NCBI GenBank assembly: GCA_965225815.1
Contig: CBDDBP010000006.1
Span: 2,956 to 66,955 of the forward strand
DNA from: Dehalococcoidia bacterium
GTDB lineage: Bacteria > Chloroflexota > Dehalococcoidia > DSTF01 > WHTK01
Direction: 5' to 3'
Length of the DNA stretch: 64,000 nt
This document shows, piece by piece, positions 54,801 through 63,034 of this stretch. The notes under the pieces were generated by a model. The model had not been told where the DNA came from, did no database searches, and worked only from the letters and a program-made list of their open reading frames with translations. The position numbers were made by a program, and so were the translations under genes. Each line of letters opens with the position of its first letter. Position 1 is the first letter of the stretch.

Positions 54801-56672
54801 TTAAGCGAAGGGCTTCTGAGTCTTGTCCAACCAGATCTGGTATTTCCGCCAGACAACGGCGGCGCTGTTCCAGACGCCGAGGTTCTTGACCGCGGGCCAG
54901 GCGAGCGCGAAAGCGCTGGCCGTACCAGGCTCGTTGAGGCTCCACATCTTACCGGCGAGGTGGCGCTGAGCCTCGATCGCCAACTCCCGAGCGGCGTTGG
55001 TGTCGGTCTCGAACTTGGCCTTATTGAGGATCTCGATCACGACGGGGTCGCCCGTCTTGCCGGTGCCGCCGCCCTCGGAGTAGCCGTGGAAGGTGACGCC
55101 GGAGGCCGGGTGGTGCTCGGCGACGAGGGCGCTGATCGGGGAGATGGTGCTGGTGATACCACCGGTGACGGAGTGGTAACCCATGCCTTCGAAAACACCG
55201 GAGGCGTCGCGGTCGAGCGGGATGTAGCCCTGGGTGTAGTCCTCGTAGCCGTTGTCAATGACGGTGAGGCCGATCTGCTGGAGGTAGAAGAAGAAGGGCT
55301 CGACGACGTTGCCGCGGTCGAACTGGGGGGCGTTGGGGTAGCCGAACTTGACCTCGAAGCCGTCGGGGTAGCCGGCGGCGGTGAGGAGCTTTTTGGCCTC
55401 GTCCGGGTTGAACTGGAGGTTCTTGGCGTTCTCGCCGAACTCGCTGCTCTGGGGGTCGAGCCAGAAGCCGCCACCGAAGAAGGAGTCGCGGTAGGCGAGG
55501 TGGGAGTTATGGTAGCTCTCGACGGGCAGGCCGGCCGCGGCGAACTCCTCGGAGTTGTAGGTGACATCGATGCTGAGGTCGCGGTCGAAGGACATGGAGA
55601 TTGCGCGGCGGACGCGCTCGTCGAAGTAGGGGACATTCTCGCCCTGGGTGCCGAAGGTCATGACCGACGCGGCGGGCCTGGTCTCCTGCTGCCGGAGCAG
55701 GAGGTCGGGCCTGTCCTTCTTGAGCGTGAGGATGTCCGTGGCGCGGGCGATGTTGGTGTTGTCGCGGGCGTAGTGGACGGCACCGGCCTCAAGCTGGGCA
55801 TTGCGGGTGGCGTACTCGGGCAGGATGGGAAGGTGGATGGAGTCGATGAGCGCGTGATCCTGGTCCCAGTACTCCGGGTTGCGCGTCACGGTGAAGTCGA
55901 CGGAGTTTTCGTGCTGCGAGACGAAGAAGGGACCGGTGCCGATGACGGCCTGGCGCGGGTCGTAGGCGCCGCCCGCTTCCTTGGGGTACATGAGCATCTG
56001 CCCGGTGACGCTACCGAAGGAAGCGAACCAGTTGGCGGCGTAGGCCAGGGGCTCGCTCAGCGGGACGACGACCGTCATTGAGTCGGGCGCGGTGGGCGTG
56101 CCGGCGAAGCCGCCGCCAGAAGTGGCGTTCCAAACCAAGGGCGACAACGGAGCCAGCTCCTGGTGGTGCCCGAGGCTCCAGAGGACGTCCTCAGAGTCCA
56201 CTTCGCGTCCGTTGACTGGGTCAATGTTGTGCCACTTGGCACCGGGACGGATCTTGAAGGTGATCTGGTCCGGAGTGGCCTCCCATGACTCGGCGACGGC
56301 GCCGGTGAGTGCGTAGGCGGAGGCCTCGAGGTGGCCAGGCACCTCGGTGAGCAGGGTGTTCATCGTCTCGCCGATGAGGGTGTTGAGGTTGGCCTGCGGG
56401 TTGACCGGGTCAGTGCTACGGGGCTCGGCGGTCATGAAGTCGACGAGCTCGCCGCCGCGCACCGCCTGTGAGTAGGTGTCTTCGATCGTCGTCAGGAGGC
56501 CGCTGGCAGTCGCTCCGCCACCGGTTGAGCCGCCGCCAGTGGTGCCGCCCGTCGTGCCACCGTCATCGTCGTCGCCGCCGCAGGCAGCGAGGAAGGCGGC
56601 GGCAGCGGCCGTGGCGCCACCGACTTTGAGTGCGCGCCTTCGGCTAACGCGGTTGCTTAGTGTTTTGTTCCA
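54801..56672. repeat. Perfect 1872-bp duplication, copy 1
   Basis: All six-frame ORFs here are identical to those offset by +4634, and the spot-checked nucleotide lines are identical. Confidence 0.85.
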
Positions 56673-56687
56673 GTAGGAGCTTTCCAT
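54801..56687 (-). CDS. ABC transporter substrate-binding protein, family 5 (peptide/opine/nickel type), Tat signal plus lipobox
   Basis: RVSRRRALKVGGATAAAAAFLAACGG followed by an SBP_bac_5-like body. 628 aa. Confidence 0.9.
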   Translation of the reverse strand: MESSYWNKTLSNRVSRRRALKVGGATAAAAAFLAACGGDDDDGGTTGGTTGGGSTGGGATASGLLTTIEDTYSQAVRGGELVDFMTAEPRSTDPVNPQANLNTLIGETMNTLLTEVPGHLEASAYALTGAVAESWEATPDQITFKIRPGAKWHNIDPVNGREVDSEDVLWSLGHHQELAPLSPLVWNATSGGGFAGTPTAPDSMTVVVPLSEPLAYAANWFASFGSVTGQMLMYPKEAGGAYDPRQAVIGTGPFFVSQHENSVDFTVTRNPEYWDQDHALIDSIHLPILPEYATRNAQLEAGAVHYARDNTNIARATDILTLKKDRPDLLLRQQETRPAASVMTFGTQGENVPYFDERVRRAISMSFDRDLSIDVTYNSEEFAAAGLPVESYHNSHLAYRDSFFGGGFWLDPQSSEFGENAKNLQFNPDEAKKLLTAAGYPDGFEVKFGYPNAPQFDRGNVVEPFFFYLQQIGLTVIDNGYEDYTQGYIPLDRDASGVFEGMGYHSVTGGITSTISPISALVAEHHPASGVTFHGYSEGGGTGKTGDPVVIEILNKAKFETDTNAARELAIEAQRHLAGKMWSLNEPGTASAFALAWPAVKNLGVWNSAAVVWRKYQIWLDKTQKPFA

Positions 56688-56743
56688 ACGTCTAGAACCC
56701 CTTTGGTTGATTGTTTTCCAGGCCCTAGCCTGGACTCTACGTG

Positions 56744-56773
56744 ATTATGACCAGATTTGAAGTCTTATGGCTA
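56744..56773 (-). promoter_or_regulatory. Candidate promoter of SBP-1
   Basis: Minus strand reads TAGCCA-18 nt-CATAAT. Both hexamers and the spacing are conserved upstream of SBP-2. Confidence 0.35.
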
Positions 56774-57043
56774 GTCCAGTAAGTGTTGCCGGAGGACAGT
56801 GCGTCATCCTGGCGATTGGAGCCTCCTTCCGTCCCGTTCGTTTGAGAGGCGATCGACCTCACTCTTATTACGGTCGTGGGGCCTATTTCGATCTACAAGA
56901 AGCGTGGTTTTCGGAGACGGCAGGTCAGCCACCGAGATGGGTAACGCGTGGAACAGAAATCGCCGGATCTGGTGAGTTTTGTTCTAGCACTGCCGTTGTA
57001 TCGGGCCAGTCCTAGAACGTTCCACGTAGCTGATTGACAAGAA

Positions 57044-57071
57044 AGAGGCCGTGGAATCATCCACGGCCTCT
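57044..57071 (-). terminator. Rho-independent terminator of SBP-2
   Basis: AGAGGCCGTGGA-atca-TCCACGGCCTCT followed by a T-rich tract on the minus strand. Confidence 0.8.
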
Positions 57072-57093
57072 TGTAAGTTACGGTGTGGTCAGG

Positions 57094-59013
57094 TTAGGCA
57101 AACGGAGCCAGATCCTGGTCGAGCCAGATCTGGTACTTCTCCCACATTGCCGCTGCGCTGCTCCAAACAGTAAAGTTCTTGACGGCGGGCCAGGCCAGGG
57201 TGTAGGTACTGGCGGAGCCGGGCTCCGTCATGCTCCACATCTTGCCTGCGAGGTGGCGCTGAGCCTCATGGGCGAGGGCCCTGCGGGCGTCGACATCGGT
57301 CTCGACCTTTGCCTTGTCGAGGATTTCGATGAGGACCGGGTCGCCTGTCTTGCCGGTGCCACCGCCCTCGGAGTAGCCGTGGAAGGTGACGCCAGAGGCG
57401 GGCAGGTGCTCGGCGACGAGAGCGCTGATCGGTGAGATGGTGCTGGGAATGCCGCCGGTGACGGAGTGATAACCCATGCCTTCGAAGACACCGGATGCAT
57501 CGCGGTCGAGGGGAATGTAGCCCTGGGTGTAGTCCTCGTAGCCGTTGTCGACGACGGTGAGGCCGAGCTGTTGGAGGTAGAAGAAGAAGGGCTCGACGAT
57601 GTTGCCGCGGTCGAACTGGGCGGCGTTGGGGTAGCCGAACTTGACCTCAAAGCCGTCGGGGTAGCCGGCGGCGGCGAGGAGCTTCTTGGCTTCCGGTAGG
57701 TTGAATTGGAAGAACTTGGCGTTTTCGCCGAAGCTGCTGTCCTGAGGGTCGAGCCACCAACCGCCGCCACGGAAAGCGTCACGGCCAGCAAGGTGCGAGT
57801 TCCAGAAGCTCTCGACCGGCAGGCCGGCTTCCTTAAACTCCTCCACGTTGGCACGCACATCGATGTCGAGGTCGCGGTCGAAGGCCATGGAGATAGCCTG
57901 GCGAACACGCTCGTCAAAGTAGGGGACGTTGGTTCCCTGGGTGCCGAAGGTCATGACAGAGCTGTTGATTCTGGTCTCCGCGACGTAGAGCTGAAGGTCG
58001 TCGACGTCCTTCTTAAGGGTGAGGAGGTCGGTAGGGCGGACGATGTCGTTGCCAGGACGTCCGAAGTGTACCGCTCCGGCGCGGAGCTGAGTCTGACGGG
58101 CGGCGTACTCGGGCAGGATCGGCATGTGGATCGAGTCCACCAGTGCGAAGTCCTGGTCCCAGTACTCCGGGTTACGCGTCAGAGTGAAGTCGACGGAGGG
58201 CTCGTGTTGGGAAATGTAGAAGGGGCCGGTGCCGATTACACCCTGTCGCGGATCGAACACGTCGGGATCGGCGGCTTCCTTGGGGTACATGAGGATCTGG
58301 CCGGTCACGCTACCGAAGGCGGCGAACCAGTTGGGGGCGTAGGCGAGGGGCACGGTCAGCGGCACGACGACGGTCTGGGCATCGGGTGCGCTGGCCGTGC
58401 GGGCGAAGCCGCCGCCGGATGTCTCCTCCCAGACCAGGGGCGACAAGGGTGCAAGCTCCTGGTGGTGCGAGAAGCTCCAGAGAACGTCCTCTGAGTCCAC
58501 TTCGCGGCCGTTGACGGGGGCGATGTTGTGCCACTTGGTACCTGGTCGGATCTTGAAGGTGATCTGGTCCGGAGTGGCCTCCCACGACTCGGCGACGGCG
58601 CCGGTGAGCTCGTAGCCGGACAGCGCGAGATGGCCGGGCTTCTCGACGAGGAGCGTCTGCATGGTCTCGGCGATGATGTTGTTGAGGCCGGCCTGGGGGT
58701 TGACCGGGTCGGTGCTGCGGGGCTCGGCGGTCATGAAGTCTACGAGTTGGCCACCACGCTTGGCCTGAGAAAAGGTGTCTTCAGCGGGCGTTATGAGACC
58801 ACTTGTGGTCGCTCCGCCTCCGCCGCCACCGGTTGAGCCGCCACCGGTGGTCCCACCAGTGCTGCCGCCCGTCGTGCCACCATCACCACCATCGTCGTCG
58901 CCGCCACAGGCAGCGAGGAAGGCGGCGGCAGCAGCCGTGGCGCCACCGACTTTGAGTGCGCGCCTTCGGCTAACGCGGTTTCTCAGTGTTTTGTTCCAGT
59001 AGGAGCTTTCCAT
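57094..59013 (-). CDS. ABC transporter substrate-binding protein, family 5, Tat-lipoprotein (diverged paralogue)
   Basis: 639 aa. Same architecture and collinear with SBP-1 and SBP-3. Confidence 0.9.
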   Translation of the reverse strand: MESSYWNKTLRNRVSRRRALKVGGATAAAAAFLAACGGDDDGGDGGTTGGSTGGTTGGGSTGGGGGGATTSGLITPAEDTFSQAKRGGQLVDFMTAEPRSTDPVNPQAGLNNIIAETMQTLLVEKPGHLALSGYELTGAVAESWEATPDQITFKIRPGTKWHNIAPVNGREVDSEDVLWSFSHHQELAPLSPLVWEETSGGGFARTASAPDAQTVVVPLTVPLAYAPNWFAAFGSVTGQILMYPKEAADPDVFDPRQGVIGTGPFYISQHEPSVDFTLTRNPEYWDQDFALVDSIHMPILPEYAARQTQLRAGAVHFGRPGNDIVRPTDLLTLKKDVDDLQLYVAETRINSSVMTFGTQGTNVPYFDERVRQAISMAFDRDLDIDVRANVEEFKEAGLPVESFWNSHLAGRDAFRGGGWWLDPQDSSFGENAKFFQFNLPEAKKLLAAAGYPDGFEVKFGYPNAAQFDRGNIVEPFFFYLQQLGLTVVDNGYEDYTQGYIPLDRDASGVFEGMGYHSVTGGIPSTISPISALVAEHLPASGVTFHGYSEGGGTGKTGDPVLIEILDKAKVETDVDARRALAHEAQRHLAGKMWSMTEPGSASTYTLAWPAVKNFTVWSSAAAMWEKYQIWLDQDLAPFA

Positions 59014-59069
59014 GTATACAGCACCCCTTCGGTTGCTTGCTCTTCAGGTCCTCGCCTGGATTTTGCGTG

Positions 59070-59099
59070 ATTATGACCTGTTTTGTAGCCTTTTGGCTA
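59070..59099 (-). promoter_or_regulatory. Candidate promoter of SBP-2
   Basis: Minus strand reads TAGCCA-18 nt-CATAAT. Confidence 0.35.
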
Positions 59100-59378
59100 G
59101 TCTAAATTTAATGCTGGAGGACCGTACCTCCTCCTGGCGTCTCAAAGCCTCCTTCCGCCCCTATCAATTCAGAGGAGATCGAGTTCATTCTTATTACGGT
59201 CTAGGAGGCCATTTCGATCTATGGGAGGCGCGGTTTTCGGCGACGCCAAGCCAGTTGTTAGCCGCGATGGAGTATTCAAGAGGAACCAGTGGAGCATTGC
59301 TCGCCCGATGTGGAGAGTTCGTTTTAGGACTGCGTTGCCCCCGAGCCATCTCAAGTCACTCGCGGGGTGAATTCACAG

Positions 59379-59411
59379 AAAAGGGGCCGTGGATAATTTC
59401 CACGGCCCCTT
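59379..59411 (-). terminator. Rho-independent terminator of SBP-3
   Basis: GGGGCCGTGGA-taattt-CCACGGCCCC with TTTTCT on the minus strand. Confidence 0.8.
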
Positions 59412-59434
59412 GCCCAGATAGGTTGCGGTGACGG

Positions 59435-61306
59435 TTAAGCGAAGGGCTTCTGAGTCTTGTCCAACCAGATCTGGTATTTCCGCCAGACAACGGCGGCGCT
59501 GTTCCAGACGCCGAGGTTCTTGACCGCGGGCCAGGCGAGCGCGAAAGCGCTGGCCGTACCAGGCTCGTTGAGGCTCCACATCTTACCGGCGAGGTGGCGC
59601 TGAGCCTCGATCGCCAACTCCCGAGCGGCGTTGGTGTCGGTCTCGAACTTGGCCTTATTGAGGATCTCGATCACGACGGGGTCGCCCGTCTTGCCGGTGC
59701 CGCCGCCCTCGGAGTAGCCGTGGAAGGTGACGCCGGAGGCCGGGTGGTGCTCGGCGACGAGGGCGCTGATCGGGGAGATGGTGCTGGTGATACCACCGGT
59801 GACGGAGTGGTAACCCATGCCTTCGAAAACACCGGAGGCGTCGCGGTCGAGCGGGATGTAGCCCTGGGTGTAGTCCTCGTAGCCGTTGTCAATGACGGTG
59901 AGGCCGATCTGCTGGAGGTAGAAGAAGAAGGGCTCGACGACGTTGCCGCGGTCGAACTGGGGGGCGTTGGGGTAGCCGAACTTGACCTCGAAGCCGTCGG
60001 GGTAGCCGGCGGCGGTGAGGAGCTTTTTGGCCTCGTCCGGGTTGAACTGGAGGTTCTTGGCGTTCTCGCCGAACTCGCTGCTCTGGGGGTCGAGCCAGAA
60101 GCCGCCACCGAAGAAGGAGTCGCGGTAGGCGAGGTGGGAGTTATGGTAGCTCTCGACGGGCAGGCCGGCCGCGGCGAACTCCTCGGAGTTGTAGGTGACA
60201 TCGATGCTGAGGTCGCGGTCGAAGGACATGGAGATTGCGCGGCGGACGCGCTCGTCGAAGTAGGGGACATTCTCGCCCTGGGTGCCGAAGGTCATGACCG
60301 ACGCGGCGGGCCTGGTCTCCTGCTGCCGGAGCAGGAGGTCGGGCCTGTCCTTCTTGAGCGTGAGGATGTCCGTGGCGCGGGCGATGTTGGTGTTGTCGCG
60401 GGCGTAGTGGACGGCACCGGCCTCAAGCTGGGCATTGCGGGTGGCGTACTCGGGCAGGATGGGAAGGTGGATGGAGTCGATGAGCGCGTGATCCTGGTCC
60501 CAGTACTCCGGGTTGCGCGTCACGGTGAAGTCGACGGAGTTTTCGTGCTGCGAGACGAAGAAGGGACCGGTGCCGATGACGGCCTGGCGCGGGTCGTAGG
60601 CGCCGCCCGCTTCCTTGGGGTACATGAGCATCTGCCCGGTGACGCTACCGAAGGAAGCGAACCAGTTGGCGGCGTAGGCCAGGGGCTCGCTCAGCGGGAC
60701 GACGACCGTCATTGAGTCGGGCGCGGTGGGCGTGCCGGCGAAGCCGCCGCCAGAAGTGGCGTTCCAAACCAAGGGCGACAACGGAGCCAGCTCCTGGTGG
60801 TGCCCGAGGCTCCAGAGGACGTCCTCAGAGTCCACTTCGCGTCCGTTGACTGGGTCAATGTTGTGCCACTTGGCACCGGGACGGATCTTGAAGGTGATCT
60901 GGTCCGGAGTGGCCTCCCATGACTCGGCGACGGCGCCGGTGAGTGCGTAGGCGGAGGCCTCGAGGTGGCCAGGCACCTCGGTGAGCAGGGTGTTCATCGT
61001 CTCGCCGATGAGGGTGTTGAGGTTGGCCTGCGGGTTGACCGGGTCAGTGCTACGGGGCTCGGCGGTCATGAAGTCGACGAGCTCGCCGCCGCGCACCGCC
61101 TGTGAGTAGGTGTCTTCGATCGTCGTCAGGAGGCCGCTGGCAGTCGCTCCGCCACCGGTTGAGCCGCCGCCAGTGGTGCCGCCCGTCGTGCCACCGTCAT
61201 CGTCGTCGCCGCCGCAGGCAGCGAGGAAGGCGGCGGCAGCGGCCGTGGCGCCACCGACTTTGAGTGCGCGCCTTCGGCTAACGCGGTTGCTTAGTGTTTT
61301 GTTCCA
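59435..61306. repeat. Perfect 1872-bp duplication, copy 2
   Basis: See copy 1. Identity begins at the stop codon and ends 15 nt before the start codon. Confidence 0.85.
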
Positions 61307-61321
61307 ATAGGAGTTTTCCAC
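59435..61321 (-). CDS. ABC transporter substrate-binding protein, family 5, Tat-lipoprotein (near-identical copy of SBP-1)
   Basis: GTG at 61321 gives VENSYWNK..., the same length as SBP-1. GAAGGG lies 9 nt upstream, matching the SD spacing of the paralogues. The track extension to 61456 is unlikely. Confidence 0.85.
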   Translation of the reverse strand: MENSYWNKTLSNRVSRRRALKVGGATAAAAAFLAACGGDDDDGGTTGGTTGGGSTGGGATASGLLTTIEDTYSQAVRGGELVDFMTAEPRSTDPVNPQANLNTLIGETMNTLLTEVPGHLEASAYALTGAVAESWEATPDQITFKIRPGAKWHNIDPVNGREVDSEDVLWSLGHHQELAPLSPLVWNATSGGGFAGTPTAPDSMTVVVPLSEPLAYAANWFASFGSVTGQMLMYPKEAGGAYDPRQAVIGTGPFFVSQHENSVDFTVTRNPEYWDQDHALIDSIHLPILPEYATRNAQLEAGAVHYARDNTNIARATDILTLKKDRPDLLLRQQETRPAASVMTFGTQGENVPYFDERVRRAISMSFDRDLSIDVTYNSEEFAAAGLPVESYHNSHLAYRDSFFGGGFWLDPQSSEFGENAKNLQFNPDEAKKLLTAAGYPDGFEVKFGYPNAPQFDRGNVVEPFFFYLQQIGLTVIDNGYEDYTQGYIPLDRDASGVFEGMGYHSVTGGITSTISPISALVAEHHPASGVTFHGYSEGGGTGKTGDPVVIEILNKAKFETDTNAARELAIEAQRHLAGKMWSLNEPGTASAFALAWPAVKNLGVWNSAAVVWRKYQIWLDKTQKPFA

Positions 61322-61534
61322 GTGCTGCATCCCTTCTTGTGTGGTATTCCAGGCTCCGCCCCGGGTTTCTCCGAACCGCCGTGTGGTGGTCCGGAGTCCT
61401 GTTGGAGTGAGGGGGCCGGCCGACGGGACGAGTCCAAACCTCTTCCTATCGGCCATTGAGGCCCACCTCGACCTAGTCTCTAATGCCTCCTTAAACGCCG
61501 CCCGTTGAAGAGACGGCGATAGTCTAACAGAAGG

Positions 61535-62977
61535 TTAGCCGCCAGCGCCACCGCCGCCACCGACTGCTTCGATTGGCTCTGTCGGTGCGATGTAGGATAG
61601 CGGTTTCATTTCCCAGGCGACGGGTGTGTTGGGTCCTTTGCGGTACGCCTCGGTTTCCTTCACCCAGTCTGCGCCCTTGGGCAAGATGACTGTCGCGGGA
61701 CGCACGGTGTCCAGGCTTGCGTTCTCAACGTTGGGCGGGAGCACACCTTCATCGCGGAAGGTCTTGACTGCCTTGATGACCTGACGACGGACGGCGATAC
61801 ACATGATGTCGAGGGAGCCGAGGTGCTCGCGCGAGCGGTCGTAAATACGCTCGCCGAACTCGTTCTGCATGAGCTCGGTCATGGCGCGGTCCTGGAGGTT
61901 ACCAATGGCCGGTACGCCTGAGACCATTTGAGTCCGTTCCACCTCGTAATCGCGAGAGTAGTCGTTAAGGCGATTGGCCTTTGTCATGAAGTACGTTCGT
62001 GGGTCGCTGGTTCGATCTATGAAGCCGATTTCGGACTCCAAGGGCGTTGGCTTCGCATTGTCGGGGTCATACATTTGCTCTGTGAGGCTACCGCGCTGAG
62101 TGATCAGCATGGCCCAGTTGTCGTCCAGCGGGACGAAGGAGCGTAGTGAAGGACCGTTGGCGCCGGTGATCATCGTGTGGAAGGGGAAGATGAACTGGTT
62201 GATGCGGTGCCATTCGTAGGGTGTTTCGTCACCGCTGTGGCGCTCGTTGAACTCGTCGTCCCAATTACGGCGGGCCGAGTAGAAGACACCGTAGTCGGTG
62301 AGGCGAACGTCGAGCCGGGGCATCTTGTCGCTCCAGACGGCGAAGAAGAGGCCAGGCTTGGAGCCTTCTTTGGGCTTTTCGTCGAAGAGACGATAGCGGA
62401 AGGAATCGAGGCGGGAGTGGAGGTAATCGAGGTGGTTGGAGTCGGTGTCGCCCTCGAGGTTTTGGAACCAGTTGGCCTCTTCCATCATGATGGCGGGCGG
62501 CGCGACGTTCTCCGGCGGCAGAGTGTTGATCTCGAACTCGGGGAAGGGCGGAGGAACTTCGCGCGGCCCCATGTAGATCCAGACCATGTGGTTGACGTCG
62601 CGGGCCGGGTAGGCACGAACGCGAACCTTGCTCTTGAAGTTGGACTCAGCCGGTTCGGACGGCATATCGATGCAGGCACCGGTTGTGTCGTATTTCCAGC
62701 CGTGATAGACGCAGCGTAGGCCGGCTTCTTCGTTGCGACCGAAGAAGAGAGAAGCGCCACGGTGGGGGCAGGACTCAACGAAACATCCAACGTCGCCGTT
62801 GGTGTCGCGGAACATGACGAGGTTCTCGCCGAGGAGACGCATGCGCTTGGGTGGGGAGTCGGGCTCCGCGAATTCGGCAGAAGGCAGCGCGGGTACCCAG
62901 TACTCACGCATGAGGTTGCCGAGCGGGGTGCCTGGACCAACCCTGGTTAGAAGTTCGTTGTCCTGTTTGTTAAGCAT
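61535..62977 (-). CDS. Rieske [2Fe-2S] oxygenase alpha subunit
   Basis: Motifs CPHRGASLFFGRNEEAGLRCVYHGWKY and NWFQNLEGDTDSNHLDYLH. Gly-rich C-terminal tail. Confidence 0.9.
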   Translation of the reverse strand: MLNKQDNELLTRVGPGTPLGNLMREYWVPALPSAEFAEPDSPPKRMRLLGENLVMFRDTNGDVGCFVESCPHRGASLFFGRNEEAGLRCVYHGWKYDTTGACIDMPSEPAESNFKSKVRVRAYPARDVNHMVWIYMGPREVPPPFPEFEINTLPPENVAPPAIMMEEANWFQNLEGDTDSNHLDYLHSRLDSFRYRLFDEKPKEGSKPGLFFAVWSDKMPRLDVRLTDYGVFYSARRNWDDEFNERHSGDETPYEWHRINQFIFPFHTMITGANGPSLRSFVPLDDNWAMLITQRGSLTEQMYDPDNAKPTPLESEIGFIDRTSDPRTYFMTKANRLNDYSRDYEVERTQMVSGVPAIGNLQDRAMTELMQNEFGERIYDRSREHLGSLDIMCIAVRRQVIKAVKTFRDEGVLPPNVENASLDTVRPATVILPKGADWVKETEAYRKGPNTPVAWEMKPLSYIAPTEPIEAVGGGGGAGG

Positions 62978-63034
62978 TTGGGTCCTTACTCCAGTTTGAA
63001 ATCTTCAGAACGGTTTGTCGCCGATCTAACACAC

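Noticed and set aside
56767-57015. Conserved top-strand small proteins between the SBP genes (56767..57015 and 59012..59431)
   Set aside because: Some synonymous-looking differences exist. However, codon usage is AT-rich unlike all confident genes, there is no SD or consistent start/stop, and the lengths differ (82 versus 139 aa). The region is treated as a conserved non-coding leader instead.
54801-61321. The 1.87-kb perfect repeat as an insertion sequence or composite transposon
   Set aside because: The repeat is an SBP coding sequence with no transposase and no terminal inverted repeats. The copies are direct repeats with gene-exact borders.
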